A DNA stretch of 63,687 nt, counting the filler, from Nemertoderma westbladi (lineage: Eukaryota; Animalia; Xenacoelomorpha): assembly GCA_032718475.1 (NCBI GenBank). It is 4 parts of 4 records of this genome, joined end to end, with 100 filler letters (N's around TTAATTAATTAA, not from the genome) between each part and the next. Parts side by side here need not be neighbours in the genome. Positions count along the whole stretch, not along the records: positions 1 to 20,306 come from JAUCBJ010007666.1; 3 more parts are not named here. One strand, given 5' to 3'. Positions 1 to 12,785 of this stretch are shown piece after piece. Below the pieces are notes generated by a model. It saw nothing but the letters and a program-made list of their open reading frames with translations. It was not told the origin of the DNA and ran no database searches. The number at the start of each line of letters is the position of its first letter. The stretch's first letter is position 1. The position numbers and the translations under genes are program-made.

Positions 1-876
1 ATTAATCGGTAACACTCCGACAGTGATTTCTAGCTAGCCGCCCATCTTACCTAGCTGGATTATGACGCAGACACCTAATATCACTATCCAACCGTATGGT
101 CGTCCCGTTTAACGCGATACAACCCTTCATCAAGGTGAAGGAGAGCGTTGTACGAAACGAGTTAAACGCTATTTTATAAAGATCAAAAAAGAAACCTGCG
201 TTTGTTCAGATAAACGTAAGTTATCACAGTAAGTCCAATCGATAAACGAATTGGCCTTATCTCAGTTCGATTGGGAAACCTCGAATCTCAAAGAAGATAT
301 CAAGCTTAGAAAACCCTATTCTCTGCGAGAGTTTTGGACGAACGTATCCCATGACAAGCGGAGGAAAATCAGCTCGAGGAGAAGCATATCGAAATGGACG
401 AGACACCGACAGTAAACCCAAACCTTCTAATGCAATCATATTGCACCCTTCACCCAGGAGTTATGGCCCTCCTAGTAAAGTGGCTCCCCCCAAAGAGAAA
501 AAGACTCTTGCTAGCCTCAAAAAACTGCGTAAACGCCGTCTGCGTAAGAAAGACTAACTGTTTAGAGTATCTTTATGTTTTAGAAACTGTGATTTTTATA
601 TTTTATAGACTGAAAATCCCATTTTCTGGGAGCGGTGTAAAAGCCTTTGCTGAATTGCCCCGTTATTTTTATTATCTTTTACATTAAAATACTCTGTAGT
701 TGATTTAATAAGTGTAAGAGACCGTATTATTGCTGTATCGGTGTTTTTAGAGGATCTAAGACCTATTTCCTCCGTATGTGTACTGTGAAAGGCATATTTT
801 ATGATTCTATGGCAATTCGTGACGCAAAGGGGTGATAGCTACTCTTGAACAGTAGTTACTATGACTACGGTTAACA
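1..876 (+). mobile_element. 3' end of an LTR retrotransposon: decayed internal coding-like sequence, purine tract and putative 3' LTR (636-876)
   Basis: A purine tract GGGAGCGG (628-635) precedes TGTAAAAG at 636, and a candidate end ...GGTTAACA lies at 876. A related copy starts at the same TGT at 58718 (TGTAAAAGCTTTTGCTGAATTG...TACTCTGTAGTTG), fixing 636 as an element boundary. The 3' end is less certain. Confidence 0.5.
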
Positions 877-3271
877 GCTGACATTCATACGTGTTGATTT
901 CCTTTGTTCTACGGCGTCTCTCAGTTCAGTCAGCCAATTAGAGCGTTTTTGTGGCTCCTTGTACAGAAAATTTCCGAGAAATGACGCAATGCCTATGTGC
1001 AGTGTTTACATTCAGTCCTGAGCCAAAGAAAGAACGGCTTGGAAGTATTTTGTGCTTTACTGTTTTTTAGTCTTACACTAGTAGGTTTAATTATAAAGGG
1101 CATATATCCTTTAACTAACGACTACCTGACTCATGGAATCACCTGCTGACTGATCATACATACTGACTGCTGAAACATTGCAAACTCGTAACAATCAGTG
1201 TTCAGTTGTTGTTTTATACTGCTATTTACTGTCAGTTCTTCATAATATGGTTGATGAATTATTATATTTGGAATAACGATAAATAACCCCGCAACCCAAT
1301 ATTCTTGATATACCGAAGGTAAGAGAGAAAGGTTACCAATAACGATTGTGACTTATGTTAAAGTGGTTTGAAGTGAATCTAATGTTATTTGATAGACCCT
1401 ACATGAGTCAGCCTGTGTTCCTTTTATATGTGACTAAAATCAGTGAAGATTGGCAGATTAGTGTGCAGTATTGTGCAGCATTGTGTATGAGCGAGTCTGT
1501 TAAAGAAGCAATTCCTAAAGAATGCGCCATATATGTGAATTATAATTAAGCCATATCGTTGTGAGTAGTTTAAGTCATAACTCTGTTTATATAGATAAAG
1601 CGCCACGTCCTAAAGGAACTGTTAATATTACCGAAGGTGAATAATATTGTCAGAGATTATATAATACTGTCAGTCGAATAATACATTAGGCTTACATAGC
1701 AATAAAAATTAAACCGTCGAACCCAATCTCCCGGGAATATCCAGCGGGTGAATGGTCGCGCACGGATTGGTTTCGACTAGTGTAGTGAATCAAATACTTA
1801 TCATAGACTAAAAACAGATTTAATATCTAGAAGACATCTTAATTTGGTGGGTTAAACTGCCAAAGGTCTGAAAGCGCGAACAAGTGGATTTCTACCCAAT
1901 ACTCGGGCACTCCATCCATATGCTCTATTACAGTAGTTGTTTTGATGATGTTACATTCCCGACCTTAACATTAATTGTGTGCGCTATTGCCTAAACATGA
2001 AACTGTAGCGGTAGTATGTACTGCTTTGGTATATAATATTTTTTAGATGTGGAAGGGTTTCAATTAGAAACGGCACTCCAACAATAACATTATCGAGTTG
2101 CCTAAGCAACTACAACAACATTCACGTGTACGCAATTTTATCATCATTTGGAAAGTATCACTTTTAGTACTAACGGAGCCTTAACGGAGAACTCACTAAC
2201 GGAGGCCTAAATACTCGTTTGTGTCGCCCATTATGAGTTCTCTGTTAAGTGCACTTCCGTTAAACCTCCGTTAATTTTTTCTAATGCTGCGAGAATTCGA
2301 GAATTAATAAAGGACAAGTAAACAGGACATGAGAAATAAACAGGACAAATATTTGACCTTCTGACAGTGGGATAGTATTATAGGACAGGGACAGGGGGAC
2401 ATTAGACAGGGATTATATAAAAATTGTATAGAAAAAAGTGTTCTAGAAAAAATATATATATCAAAATTGATATCTAACACGTGTTCTATAACATTTATAA
2501 AAAAAAGTATAAAAAAACTAGCTAATATAAAAAATAAAAAAATGTGTTCAAATATTTATCAAAATTGATAGCTAACACGTGTTCTATAACATTTATAAAA
2601 AAATTTGCCAAAACTAGCTAGTATAAAAATCAATGTTATGGAAATTTCTTTGAAATTTAATTCAACGTAACTTTTTTGGTTGACAAAAAAGTGTTCTTTT
2701 TTTTCAAACTTGTTAACGACTTTGACAAAAAAGTGACTTACAACAAATAAAATAAAGATTTGAATTTTATTAAAATAAACCTATGAAATTGGCACTGAAC
2801 AATCACGTGGCATGTCCGCAATCTCAATATTGAGATAGAGACTCGTTCGCTGCGAGGATTTCATGTCCTATTTGGGGTTCCGTGCCAAACAGATATCTCT
2901 TTGACAGGAAGAAACATTAATTAGCCATGTCTCATGCCAACTCATCCTAATCAAAACATCAAAGGATTATACAGTGTAGCTATCATTGAGGGAAAGCATT
3001 GCGTGTTGTACAATAGGAAGGCCTAAAGTAAGTTATAATAAGTTACAGTCCAAAGATTACTGTCACGGTGCAAGGATGTACAGTAGTTTAAACTGACATG
3101 GTCTCGGTTTGTGTAAGGATAGGCCTAGGATGAAGCAGAATAATACAGTAATATTTTATCAGGCTGCGTATACTGTATAATGTCAGAATATGACAATGAT
3201 GTATAACAAGTACCAGCAGCAGAGGTACTGACTGACTTAACTCGGTCGATAGGCAAGAAGTATCACATACC

Positions 3272-3780
3272 GAGACAGGGGGGGAAACTGGGTGACTACA
3301 AAACAAAGACCAAAGACCCAAATAATAAAGACCTCATAATATTGTAACATGTGTTAACTTTCGTACAGTATATTGTTTTGGTTCCCACAACACGCCTCTC
3401 TAACCTGCTCTAACTAACCTCCTTATTTAAATGGCAATGGCACCTAACGCTCTTTGGGATCTGTACAAAACAAAGAGGTTAAGTCGCCTTACGTCCCTAA
3501 GAGCGTTAGGTCCCAAAGAGCGTTAGGTCCCATTGCCATAGAGAGCGTTAGGTCCCATTGCCATTTAAAGGAGCAGGTTAGTAAAGGAACAGGTTACAGA
3601 GGCGTTTTGGGGAAACCAAAACAATAAACGAAATTTAACTCATGTGTTTTGTACATGTCTTTATTATTGGAATCTTGTGTCTTTGGTCTTTGTTTTGTAG
3701 TCACCCGGGGGAAACTGGACGCAAATCCCATCTTGGCGAATTAATATCCCGCCTCATTATTAAATTCTCAATTTAGGGAT
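3272..3780 (+). mobile_element. End of a second MITE family (GAGACAGGGG...), interrupted by the 3290-3706 insertion
   Basis: Removing the insert restores GAGACAGGGGGGGAAACTGGACGCAAATCCC...TTAATATCCCGCCTCA...AATTTAGGGA, which matches 37430-37549 (minus) and 63552-63687 (plus). Confidence 0.75.
3290..3706. mobile_element. Foldback MITE, Mutator-like, with 10-bp target-site duplication
   Basis: TIRs GGGTGACTACAAAACAAAGACCAAAGAC / GTCTTTGGTCTTTGTTTTGTAGTCACCC, with arms pairing over most of the length. GGGGGAAACT is duplicated at 3280-3289 and 3707-3716. Confidence 0.85.
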
Positions 3781-4135
3781 TTATACAACAGTACACGGGA
3801 TCCCTAGTGCAGTCTGTAGCTTAACTTACGGACAGGACTGGCCTACTCACTATTTCGGTTAACAAGTTCGTCACATGACTAACTGCGGCGTCTTCTTGGG
3901 TCAGATCACTTACTGAATTTTACAACTTCTTTTTCCCAAGGGAAAAAAATTCATCCATAGGATTGTATTGATTTTACAAAAAGTAAAAAAGATTAAAAAG
4001 TAAAATGATATATTTTTGGTGGAATTTCTTAAATTTTATTACATGTGTTGAAAGAGCATCGAAAAAACTACTACAGTATAAGTCACAGTCAAATTCTAGA
4101 TGAGTAATGTTTTTTTCGATTTTATCTACTTCTAG

Positions 4136-4235
4136 TGCCACCTTGGTGTTGTGGTTGCATTGAATTCACATCTTTCGGAGGTCGTGGGTTTAAGGTTTAA
4201 TGGGGGGCCGAGGCAGTTTTCGTTTCGGCACGAAT
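4136..4235 (+). mobile_element. Degenerate tRNA-derived SINE head
   Basis: CCACCTTGGTGTTGTGGTT...GGTCGTGGGTT...GTTTTCGTTTCGGCACGAAT aligns with the fuller copy at 40998-41230. Confidence 0.6.
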
Positions 4236-4254
4236 GGTTTGATGGGTGTTGTAC

Positions 4255-4960
4255 AAGTTATCTGATAGCTGCAATAATATCCTCGGAATCCCATATGTTT
4301 CAACTGTGCTGAACATATGTGGTCGGGAGACTGAATCAAAGGCCTTAAAGAAGTAAACATATATACAGTACTATCCAGAAGGCTGTCTTTCTTTGTTGAT
4401 AACTCTTTCGATTATCCGTCTAAGTGCCAAAAAAGGCTCCATGGTCCCACGATCTTTACGGAACCCATTTTGGTTCCCACGTAACAGTCTCTCAACAGGA
4501 TCCCTGATGCGATTTAATATAATTATGTTGAATAGCTTTGCAGCAATCGAGATCAACGAGATTCCATGAAAAGATCCATAACTTCTTAGGTTGACCTTCT
4601 TTTGAACAGGCAACAGGAACTTCTTTGTCACGCCATTTACTCCACTGTCACGATTGGTCTTGATGCAAGGAGATGTCACCAAAGGGGATATCTGTGAGCA
4701 CCGAATCAGATACGAGATACACAATGTACCTCTAAGTTTTCAGGCAATTCCCTGTTATTGTTTAGAAGCTTCTCAAAGTAGGCCTTCCAACCATTGAGAA
4801 ATTCAGCTGGAGAATCCGCCTTAACCTTGGTGGTTGGTTGGCCTTTCCTCCCAGTGAGAAGGTTTATTGATTGCCTGCTACTTTATCATCAACATTGTTA
4901 ATAGTATCAAACTGCTTATTGATAACTCCTTTAGATTATCAGAGTGATTGCCTGTTAAAG
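4255..4960 (-). pseudogene. RTE-clade non-LTR retrotransposon reverse transcriptase fragment
   Basis: GISLISIAAKLFNIIILNRIR..LLRGNQNGFRKDRGT..LALRRIIE, followed after a frame break by FKAFDSV (RT subdomains 1-3); contains stops and frameshifts. Confidence 0.85.
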
Positions 4961-5550
4961 GATAACTGCATCATTAGCTGTCCATCTGTGCCCGAGGGGG
5001 GGGGGGGGGGGGGGGGGACCCATTCAACTAAACTTATCTGGCATTGAATCCATCGGTAAAATTAATTATACATAGACCCACATAAAGATTAGCCTAGGTT
5101 AGGCGAGGCCCAAGTGTCCAGATACCATTATACCAACTATCACTCTAGCGCCCAACAATAGTCAGGCAAAGATGTGAGGCATTCACATAGAATATAATGG
5201 AGCTGGGGGATCACGGATATATCTCCACCATCTCTGTAACTAAGCTTGCACATGTAAGGCAATAATAATAACAACACTTGGGTAGTCGAATAGGAGCCAA
5301 AAACAGACTTAAAAGGCCCTCTCCAATCTCCAATAGCTACGGGATAATCTCTCTTAACAACCTTTGTCTAAGTACGAACAGCTACCGACGACCGAATAAT
5401 GCGCTCCTATTGTTACCAAATGCGGGTTCCAATAAGTCCCCTATAGGTACTGCTTTGCAACTCCCTGACTTACTGTGCTTACTGTAGTGTATTCGGGATA
5501 TTAGAGCGGCCCCCATCTGTGCCTCCGACCCAATACAATAGGGCCTTATG

Positions 5551-5590
5551 CAAGGCATCCTTTAATACTAAAGTATTAAAGGATGCCTTG
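5551..5590. repeat. Perfect 19-bp-arm hairpin with CAAGG/CCTTG ends
   Basis: CAAGGCATCCTTTAATACT-AA-AGTATTAAAGGATGCCTTG. Confidence 0.9.
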
Positions 5591-6128
5591 GCCTTGGTAT
5601 TATGTGACTGAGGGATGTAATCACTCAATCACTAGTAGCTCAACCATCTTTTAACTAATAAATTATTGTTTCCTTTTAGGCCTAAGTTTTCGCCTACTTT
5701 TCCTGTTTTTTATTTTATATTCAAAATCCCTTATACTTTTTTGTAACTTATATTAATAAAATCTATAATTAATTTATTACAAATTTATTTATTAAAATGC
5801 AACATATATTTAGGTTTATTTTGTACATTGAGCAAAAATAATTTGACTAAGTTTGACTAATTTGAACCAATTTGACTAGGGATTTCACACAAAGCCCTTG
5901 GGAGAATCAAATAAATTACAATGCGTTACATGTAAGTGTAATTTTTAAATTTTTTATGAATAATACATGGAGTATTTTTACAATGATTAAATAATAAATA
6001 AATGGCAATGTGGAGGTCGAGTTATATCCGACTTTATACGCTTCATGAAATAATTAAATTTGTTTGAATAATCGACTTTGGGCCCGTAGCTACATATGCA
6101 ATATATACATTATACTATATACAATATG

Positions 6129-9100
6129 TTATTGATTATTTCCCGTAGTTCACTGTAGGTTATTGATTGTTTCCCGTAGCTCACTAACTATAGGTTATTG
6201 ATTGTTTCCCGTAGCTCACTATAGGTTATTGATTATTTCCCGTAGCTCACTATAGGTTATTGATTGTTTCTCGTAGCTCACTATAGGTTATTGATTGTTT
6301 TCTGTAGCTCACTATAGGTTATTGATTGTTTCCCGTAGCTCACTATAGGTTATTGATTGTTTCCCGTAGCTCACTATAGGTTATTGATTGTTTCCCGTAG
6401 CTCACTAACTATAGGTTATTGATTGTTTCCCGTAGCTCACCATAGGTTATTGATTATTTCCCGTAGCTCACTATAGGTTATTGATTGTTTCCCGTAGCTC
6501 ACTAACTATAGGTTATTGATTGTTTCCCGTAGCTCACTATAGGTTATTGATTATTTCCCGTAGCTCACTATAGGTTATTGATTGTTTCCCGTAGCTCACT
6601 AACTATAGGTTATTGATTATTTCCCGTAGCTCACTATAGGTTATTGATTGTTTCCGGTAGCTCACTAACTATAGGTTATTGATTGTTTCCCGTAGCTCAC
6701 TATAGGTTATTGATTGTTTCCCGTAGCTCACTATAGGTTATTGATTGTTTCCCGTAGCTCACTAACTATATAGGTTATTGATTGTTTCCCGTAGCTCACT
6801 AACTATAGGTTATTGATTATTTCCCGTAGCTCACTATAGGTTATTGATTGTTTCCCGTAGCTCACTATAGGTTATTGATTATTTCCTGTAGCTCACTAAC
6901 TATAGGTTATTGATTGTTTCCTGTTGCTCACTGTAGGTTATTGATTGTTTCCCGTAGCTCACTAACTATAGGTTATTGATTGTTTCCCGTAGCTCACTAA
7001 CTATAGGTTATTGATTGTTTCCCGTAGCTCACTAACTATAGGTTATTGATTATTTCCCGTAGCTCACTATAGGTTATTAATTGTTTCCCGTAGCTCACTA
7101 TAGGTTATTGATTGTTTCCCGTAGCTCACTAACTATAGGTTATTGATTGTTTCCTGTTGCTCACTGTAGGTTATTGATTGTTTCCCGTAGCTCACTAACT
7201 ATAGGTTATTGATTTTTTCCCGTAGCTCACTAACTATAGGTTATTGATTATTTCCCGTAGCTCACTATAGGTTATTGATTGTTTCCCGTAGCTCACTATA
7301 GGTTATTGATTGTTTCCCGTAGCTCACTATAGGTTATTGATTGTTTCCCGTAGCTCACTAACTATAGGTTATTGATTATTTCCCGCAGCTCACTATAGGT
7401 TATTGATTGTTTCCCGTAGCTCACTAACTATAGGTTATTGATTATTTCCCGTAGCTCACTATAGGTTATTGATTGTTTCCCGTAGCTCACTAACTATAGG
7501 TTATTGATTATTTCCCGCAGCTCACTATAGGTTATTGATTGTTTCCCGTAGCTCACTAACTATAGGTTATTGATTGTTTCCCGTAGCTCACTAACTATAG
7601 GTTATTGATTGTTTCCCGTAGCTCACTAACTATAGGTTATTGATTATTTCCCGTAGCTCACTATAGGTTATTGATTGTTTCCCGTAGCTCACTATAGGTT
7701 ATTTATTATTTCCTGTAGCTCACTATAGGTTATTGATTGTTTCCTTTTGCTCACTGTAGGTTATTGATTATTTCCTGTAGCTCACTATAGGTTATTGATT
7801 TATTTCCCGTAGCTCACTAACTTTAGGTTATTGATTGTTTCCCGTAGCTCACTATAGGTTATTGATTATTTCCCGTAGCTCACTATAGGTTATTGATGGT
7901 TTCCCGTAGCTCACTAACTATAGATTATTGATTGTTTCCCGTAGCTCACTATAGGTTATTGATTGTTTCCTGTAGCTCACTAACTATAGGTTATTGATTG
8001 TTTCCCGTAGCTCACTAACTATAGGTTATTGATTGTTTCCCGTAGCTCACTATAGGTTATTGATTGTTTCCCGTAGCTCACTATAGGTTATTGATTATTT
8101 CCCGTAGCTCACTATAGGTTATTGATTGTTTCCCGTAGCTCACTATAGGTTATTGATTGTTTCCCGTAGCTCACTATAGGTTATTGATTGTTTCCCGTAG
8201 CTCACTATAGGTTATTGATTGTTTCCCGTAGCTCACTATAGGTTATTGATTGTTTCCCGTAGCTCACTAACTATAGGTTATTGATTATTTCCCGTAGCTC
8301 ACTATAGGTTATTGATTGTTTCCGGTAGCTCACTAACTATAGGTTATTGATTGTTTCCCGTAGCTCACTATAGGTTATTGATTGTTTCCCGTAGCTCACT
8401 ATAGGTTATTGATTGTTTCCCGTAGCTCACTAACTATATAGGTTATTGATTGTTTCCCGTAGCTCACTAACTATAGGTTATTGATTATTTCCCGTAGCTC
8501 ACTATAGGTTATTGATTGTTTCCCGTAGCTCACTATAGGTTATTGATTATTTCCTGTAGCTCACTAACTATAGGTTATTGATTGTTTCCTGTTGCTCACT
8601 GTAGGTTATTGATTGTTTCCCGTAGCTCACTAACTATAGGTTATTGATTGTTTCCCGTAGCTCACTAACTATAGGTTATTGATTGTTTCCCGTAGCTCAC
8701 TAACTATAGGTTATTGATTATTTCCCGTAGCTCACTATAGGTTATTAATTGTTTCCCGTAGCTCACTATAGGTTATTGATTGTTTCCCGTAGCTCACTAA
8801 CTATAGGTTATTGATTGTTTCCTGTTGCTCACTGTAGGTTATTGATTGTTTCCCGTAGCTCACTAACTATAGGTTATTGATTTTTTCCCGTAGCTCACTA
8901 ACTATAGGTTATTGATTATTTCCCGTAGCTCACTATAGGTTATTGATTGTTTCCCGTAGCTCACTATAGGTTATTGATTGTTTCCCGTAGCTCACTATAG
9001 GTTATTGATTGTTTCCCGTAGCTCACTAACTATAGGTTATTGATTATTTCCCGCAGCTCACTATAGGTTATTGATTGTTTCCCGTAGCTCACTAACTATA

Positions 9101-12100
9101 GGTTATTGATTATTTCCCGTAGCTCACTATAGGTTATTGATTGTTTCCCGTAGCTCACTAACTATAGGTTATTGATTATTTCCCGCAGCTCACTATAGGT
9201 TATTGATTGTTTCCCGTAGCTCACTAACTATAGGTTATTGATTGTTTCCCGTAGCTCACTAACTATAGGTTATTGATTGTTTCCCGTAGCTCACTAACTA
9301 TAGGTTATTGATTATTTCCCGTAGCTCACTATAGGTTATTGATTGTTTCCCGTAGCTCACTATAGGTTATTGATTATTTCCTGTAGCTCACTATAGGTTA
9401 TTGATTGTTTCCTTTTGCTCACTGTAGGTTATTGATTATTTCCTGTAGCTCACTATAGGTTATTGATTTATTTCCCGTAGCTCACTAACTTTAGGTTATT
9501 GATTGTTTCCCGTAGCTCACTATAGGTTATTGATTATTTCCCGTAGCTCACTATAGGTTATTGATGGTTTCCCGTAGCTCACTAACTATAGGTTATTGAT
9601 TGTTTCCCGTAGCTCACTATAGGTTATTGATTGTTTCCTGTAGCTCACTAACTATAGGTTATTGATTGTTTCCCGTAGCTCACTAACTATAGGTTATTGA
9701 TTGTTTCCCGTAGCTCACTATAGGTTATTGATTGTTTCCCGTAGCTCACTATAGGTTATTGATTGTTTCCCGTAGCTCACTAACTCTAGGTTATTGATTG
9801 TTTCCCGTAGCTCACTAACTATAGGTTATTGATTGTTTCCCGTAGCTCACTATAGGTTATTGATTGTTTCCCGTAGCTCACTAACTATAGGTTATTGATT
9901 GTTTCCTGTAGCTCACTATAGGTTATTGATTGTTTCCTGTAGCTCACTAACTATAGGTTATTGATTGTTTCCCGTAGCTCACTAACTATAGGTTATTGAT
10001 TGTTTCCCGTAGCTCACTATAGGTTATTGATTGTTTCCCGTAGCTCACTATAGGTTATTGATTGTTTCCCGTAGCTCACTAACTATAGGTTATTGATTGT
10101 TTCCCGTAGCTCACTATAGGTTATTGATTGTTTCCCGTAGCTCACTAACTATAGGTTATTGATTATTTCCCGCAGCTCACTATAGGTTATTGATTGTTTC
10201 CCGTAGCTCACTAACTATAGGTTATTGATTGTTTCCCGTAGCTCACTAACTATAGGTTATTGATTGTTTCCCGTAGCTCACTAACTATAGGTTATTGATT
10301 GTTTCCCGTAGCTCACTATAGGTTATTGATAGTTTACTGTAGCTCACTAACTTTAGGTTATTGATTGTTTCCCGTAGCTCACTAACTCTAGGTTATTGAT
10401 TGTTTCCCGTAGCTCACTCTAGGTTATTGATTGTTTCCCGTAGCTCACTAACTATAGGTTATTGATTGTTTCCCATAGCTCACTATAGGTTTTTGATTAT
10501 TTCCCGTAGCTCACTATAGGTTATTGATTGTTTCCCGTAGCTATAGGTTATTGATTATTTCCTGTAGCTCACTATAGGTTATTGATTATTTCCCGTTGCT
10601 CACTATAGGTTATTGATTGTTTCCCGTAGCTATAGGTTATTGATTATTTCCCATAGCTCACTATAGGTTATTGATTATTTCCCGTAGCTCACTATAGGTT
10701 ATTGATTGTTTCCCGTAGCTATAGGTTATTGATTATTTCCTGTAGCTCACTATAGGTTATTGATTATTTCCCGTAGCTCACTATAGGTTATTGATTATTT
10801 CCTGTAGCTCACTATAGGTTATTGATTTATTTCCCGTAGCTCACTAACTTTAGGTTATTGATTGTTTCCCGTAGCTCACTATAGGTTATTGATTATTTCC
10901 CGTAGCTCACTATAGGTTATTGATGGTTTCCCGTAGCTCACTAACTATAGGTTATTGATTGTTTCCCGTAGCTCACTATAGTTTATTGATTGTTTCCTGT
11001 AGCTCACTAACTATAGGTTATTGATTGTTTCCCGTAGCTCACTAACTATAGGTTATTGATTGTTTCCCGTAGCTCACTATAGGTTATTGATTGTTTCCCG
11101 TAGCTCACTATAGGCTATTGATTGTTTCCCGTAGCTCACTATAGGTTATTGATTGTTTCCCGTAGCTCACTAACTCTAGGTTATTGATTGTTTCCCGTAG
11201 CTCACTAACTATAGGTTATTGATTGTTTCCCGTAGCTCACTATAGGTTATTGATTGTTTCCCGTAGCTCACTAACTATAGGTTATTGATTGTTTCCTGTA
11301 GCTCACTATAGGTTATTGATTGTTTCCTGTAGCTCACTAACTATAGGTTATTGATTGTTTCCCGTAGCTCACTAACTATAGGTTATTGATTGTTTCCCGT
11401 AGCTCACTATAGGTTATTGATTGTTTCCCGTAGCTCACTATAGGTTATTGATTGTTTCCCGTAGCTCACTATAGGTTATTGATTGTTTCCCGTAGCTCAC
11501 TAACTATAGGTTATTGATTGTTTCCCGTAGCTCACTATAGGTTATTGATTGTTTCCCGTAGCTCACTAACTATAAGTTATTGATTGTTTCCCGTAGCTCA
11601 CTAACTATAGGTTATTGATTGTTTCCCGTAGCTCACTATAGGTTATTGATTGTTTCCCGTAGCTCACTAACTATAGGTTATTGATTGTTTCCCGTAGCTC
11701 ACTATAGGTTATTGATTGTTTCCCGTAGCTCACTAACTATAGGTTATTGATTATTTCCCGTAGCTCACTATAGGTTGTTGATGGTTTCCCGTAGCTCACT
11801 ATAGGTTATTGATTGTTTCCCGTAGCTCACTAACTATAGGTTATTGATTGTTTCCCATAGCTCATGTAGGTTATTGATTGTTTCCCGTAGCTCACTAACT
11901 ATAGGTTATTGATTGTTTCCCGTAGCTCACTATAGGTTATTGATTATTTCCCGTAGCTCACTATAGGTTATTGATTATTTCCTGTAGCTCACTATAGGTT
12001 ATTGATTGTTTCCCGTAGCTCACTATAGGTTATTGATTGTTTCCCGTAGCTCACTATAGGTTATTGATTGTTTCCCGTAGCTCACTAACTATAGGTTATT

Positions 12101-12176
12101 GATTGTTTCCCGTAGCTCGCTGTAGGTTATTGATTGTTTCCCGTAGCTCACTATAGGTTATTAATTGTTTCCCGTA
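6129..12176 (+). repeat. About 6-kb tandem satellite; 31-bp unit ATAGGTTATTGATTGTTTCCCGTAGCTCACT with 35-bp (+AACT) and rarer 27/37-bp variants
   Basis: Contiguous units with no unique spacers; rare variants recur at a 1668-bp offset. Confidence 0.98.
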
Positions 12177-12595
12177 ATCAATCAATAATATTTATTTAAT
12201 TCCTTGTTTTAAATATAGCAAATTATCCAAAATAACACCCAACACCAATTCATTTATTCAGTAAAATATTGAGAATAGGGATCGAGTGTTAGGGTGGAAT
12301 AGGTAAGAATGAGGAAACGGTAAGCTAGCTAATAGCAAAGCTAGTAGACGCTAACTACCGGAGGTGGGGGAGGGAGGGGGGGGGGGGCTCAAGGGAAATG
12401 TTTATTCATTTGCACTAGTAATGGGACGGTATGGGACGTTGGGGGAAGGGGGGGAAGTTGGTAGCCTGCCATTTCTAAAATTTTGTATAATTTAAATTAA
12501 TAAGTTGAGGTTTGATAATACATTAGCATATTAGCTAGTGGATATTAATATACTGAACATTAACATTATTTAAATTATTGAAAGCTGCGCTATAC

Positions 12596-12785
12596 AGTAG
12601 CTCACTATAGGTTATTGATTGTTTCCCGTAGCTCACTAACTATAGGTTATTGATTGTTTCCCGTAGCTCACTGTAGGTTATTGATTGTTTCCCGTAGCTC
12701 ACTAACTATAGGTTATTGATTGTTTCCCGTAGCTCACTATAGGTTATTGATTATTTCCTGTAGCTCACTATAGGTTATTGATTAT
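12596..12785 (+). repeat. Short detached array of the same 31/35-bp satellite
   Basis: About six units, separated from the main array by roughly 420 bp of unrelated, partly G-rich sequence. Confidence 0.95.

Noticed and set aside
6129-12176. CRISPR array
   Set aside because: Units are contiguous with no unique spacers, there are no cas genes, and the context is eukaryotic.
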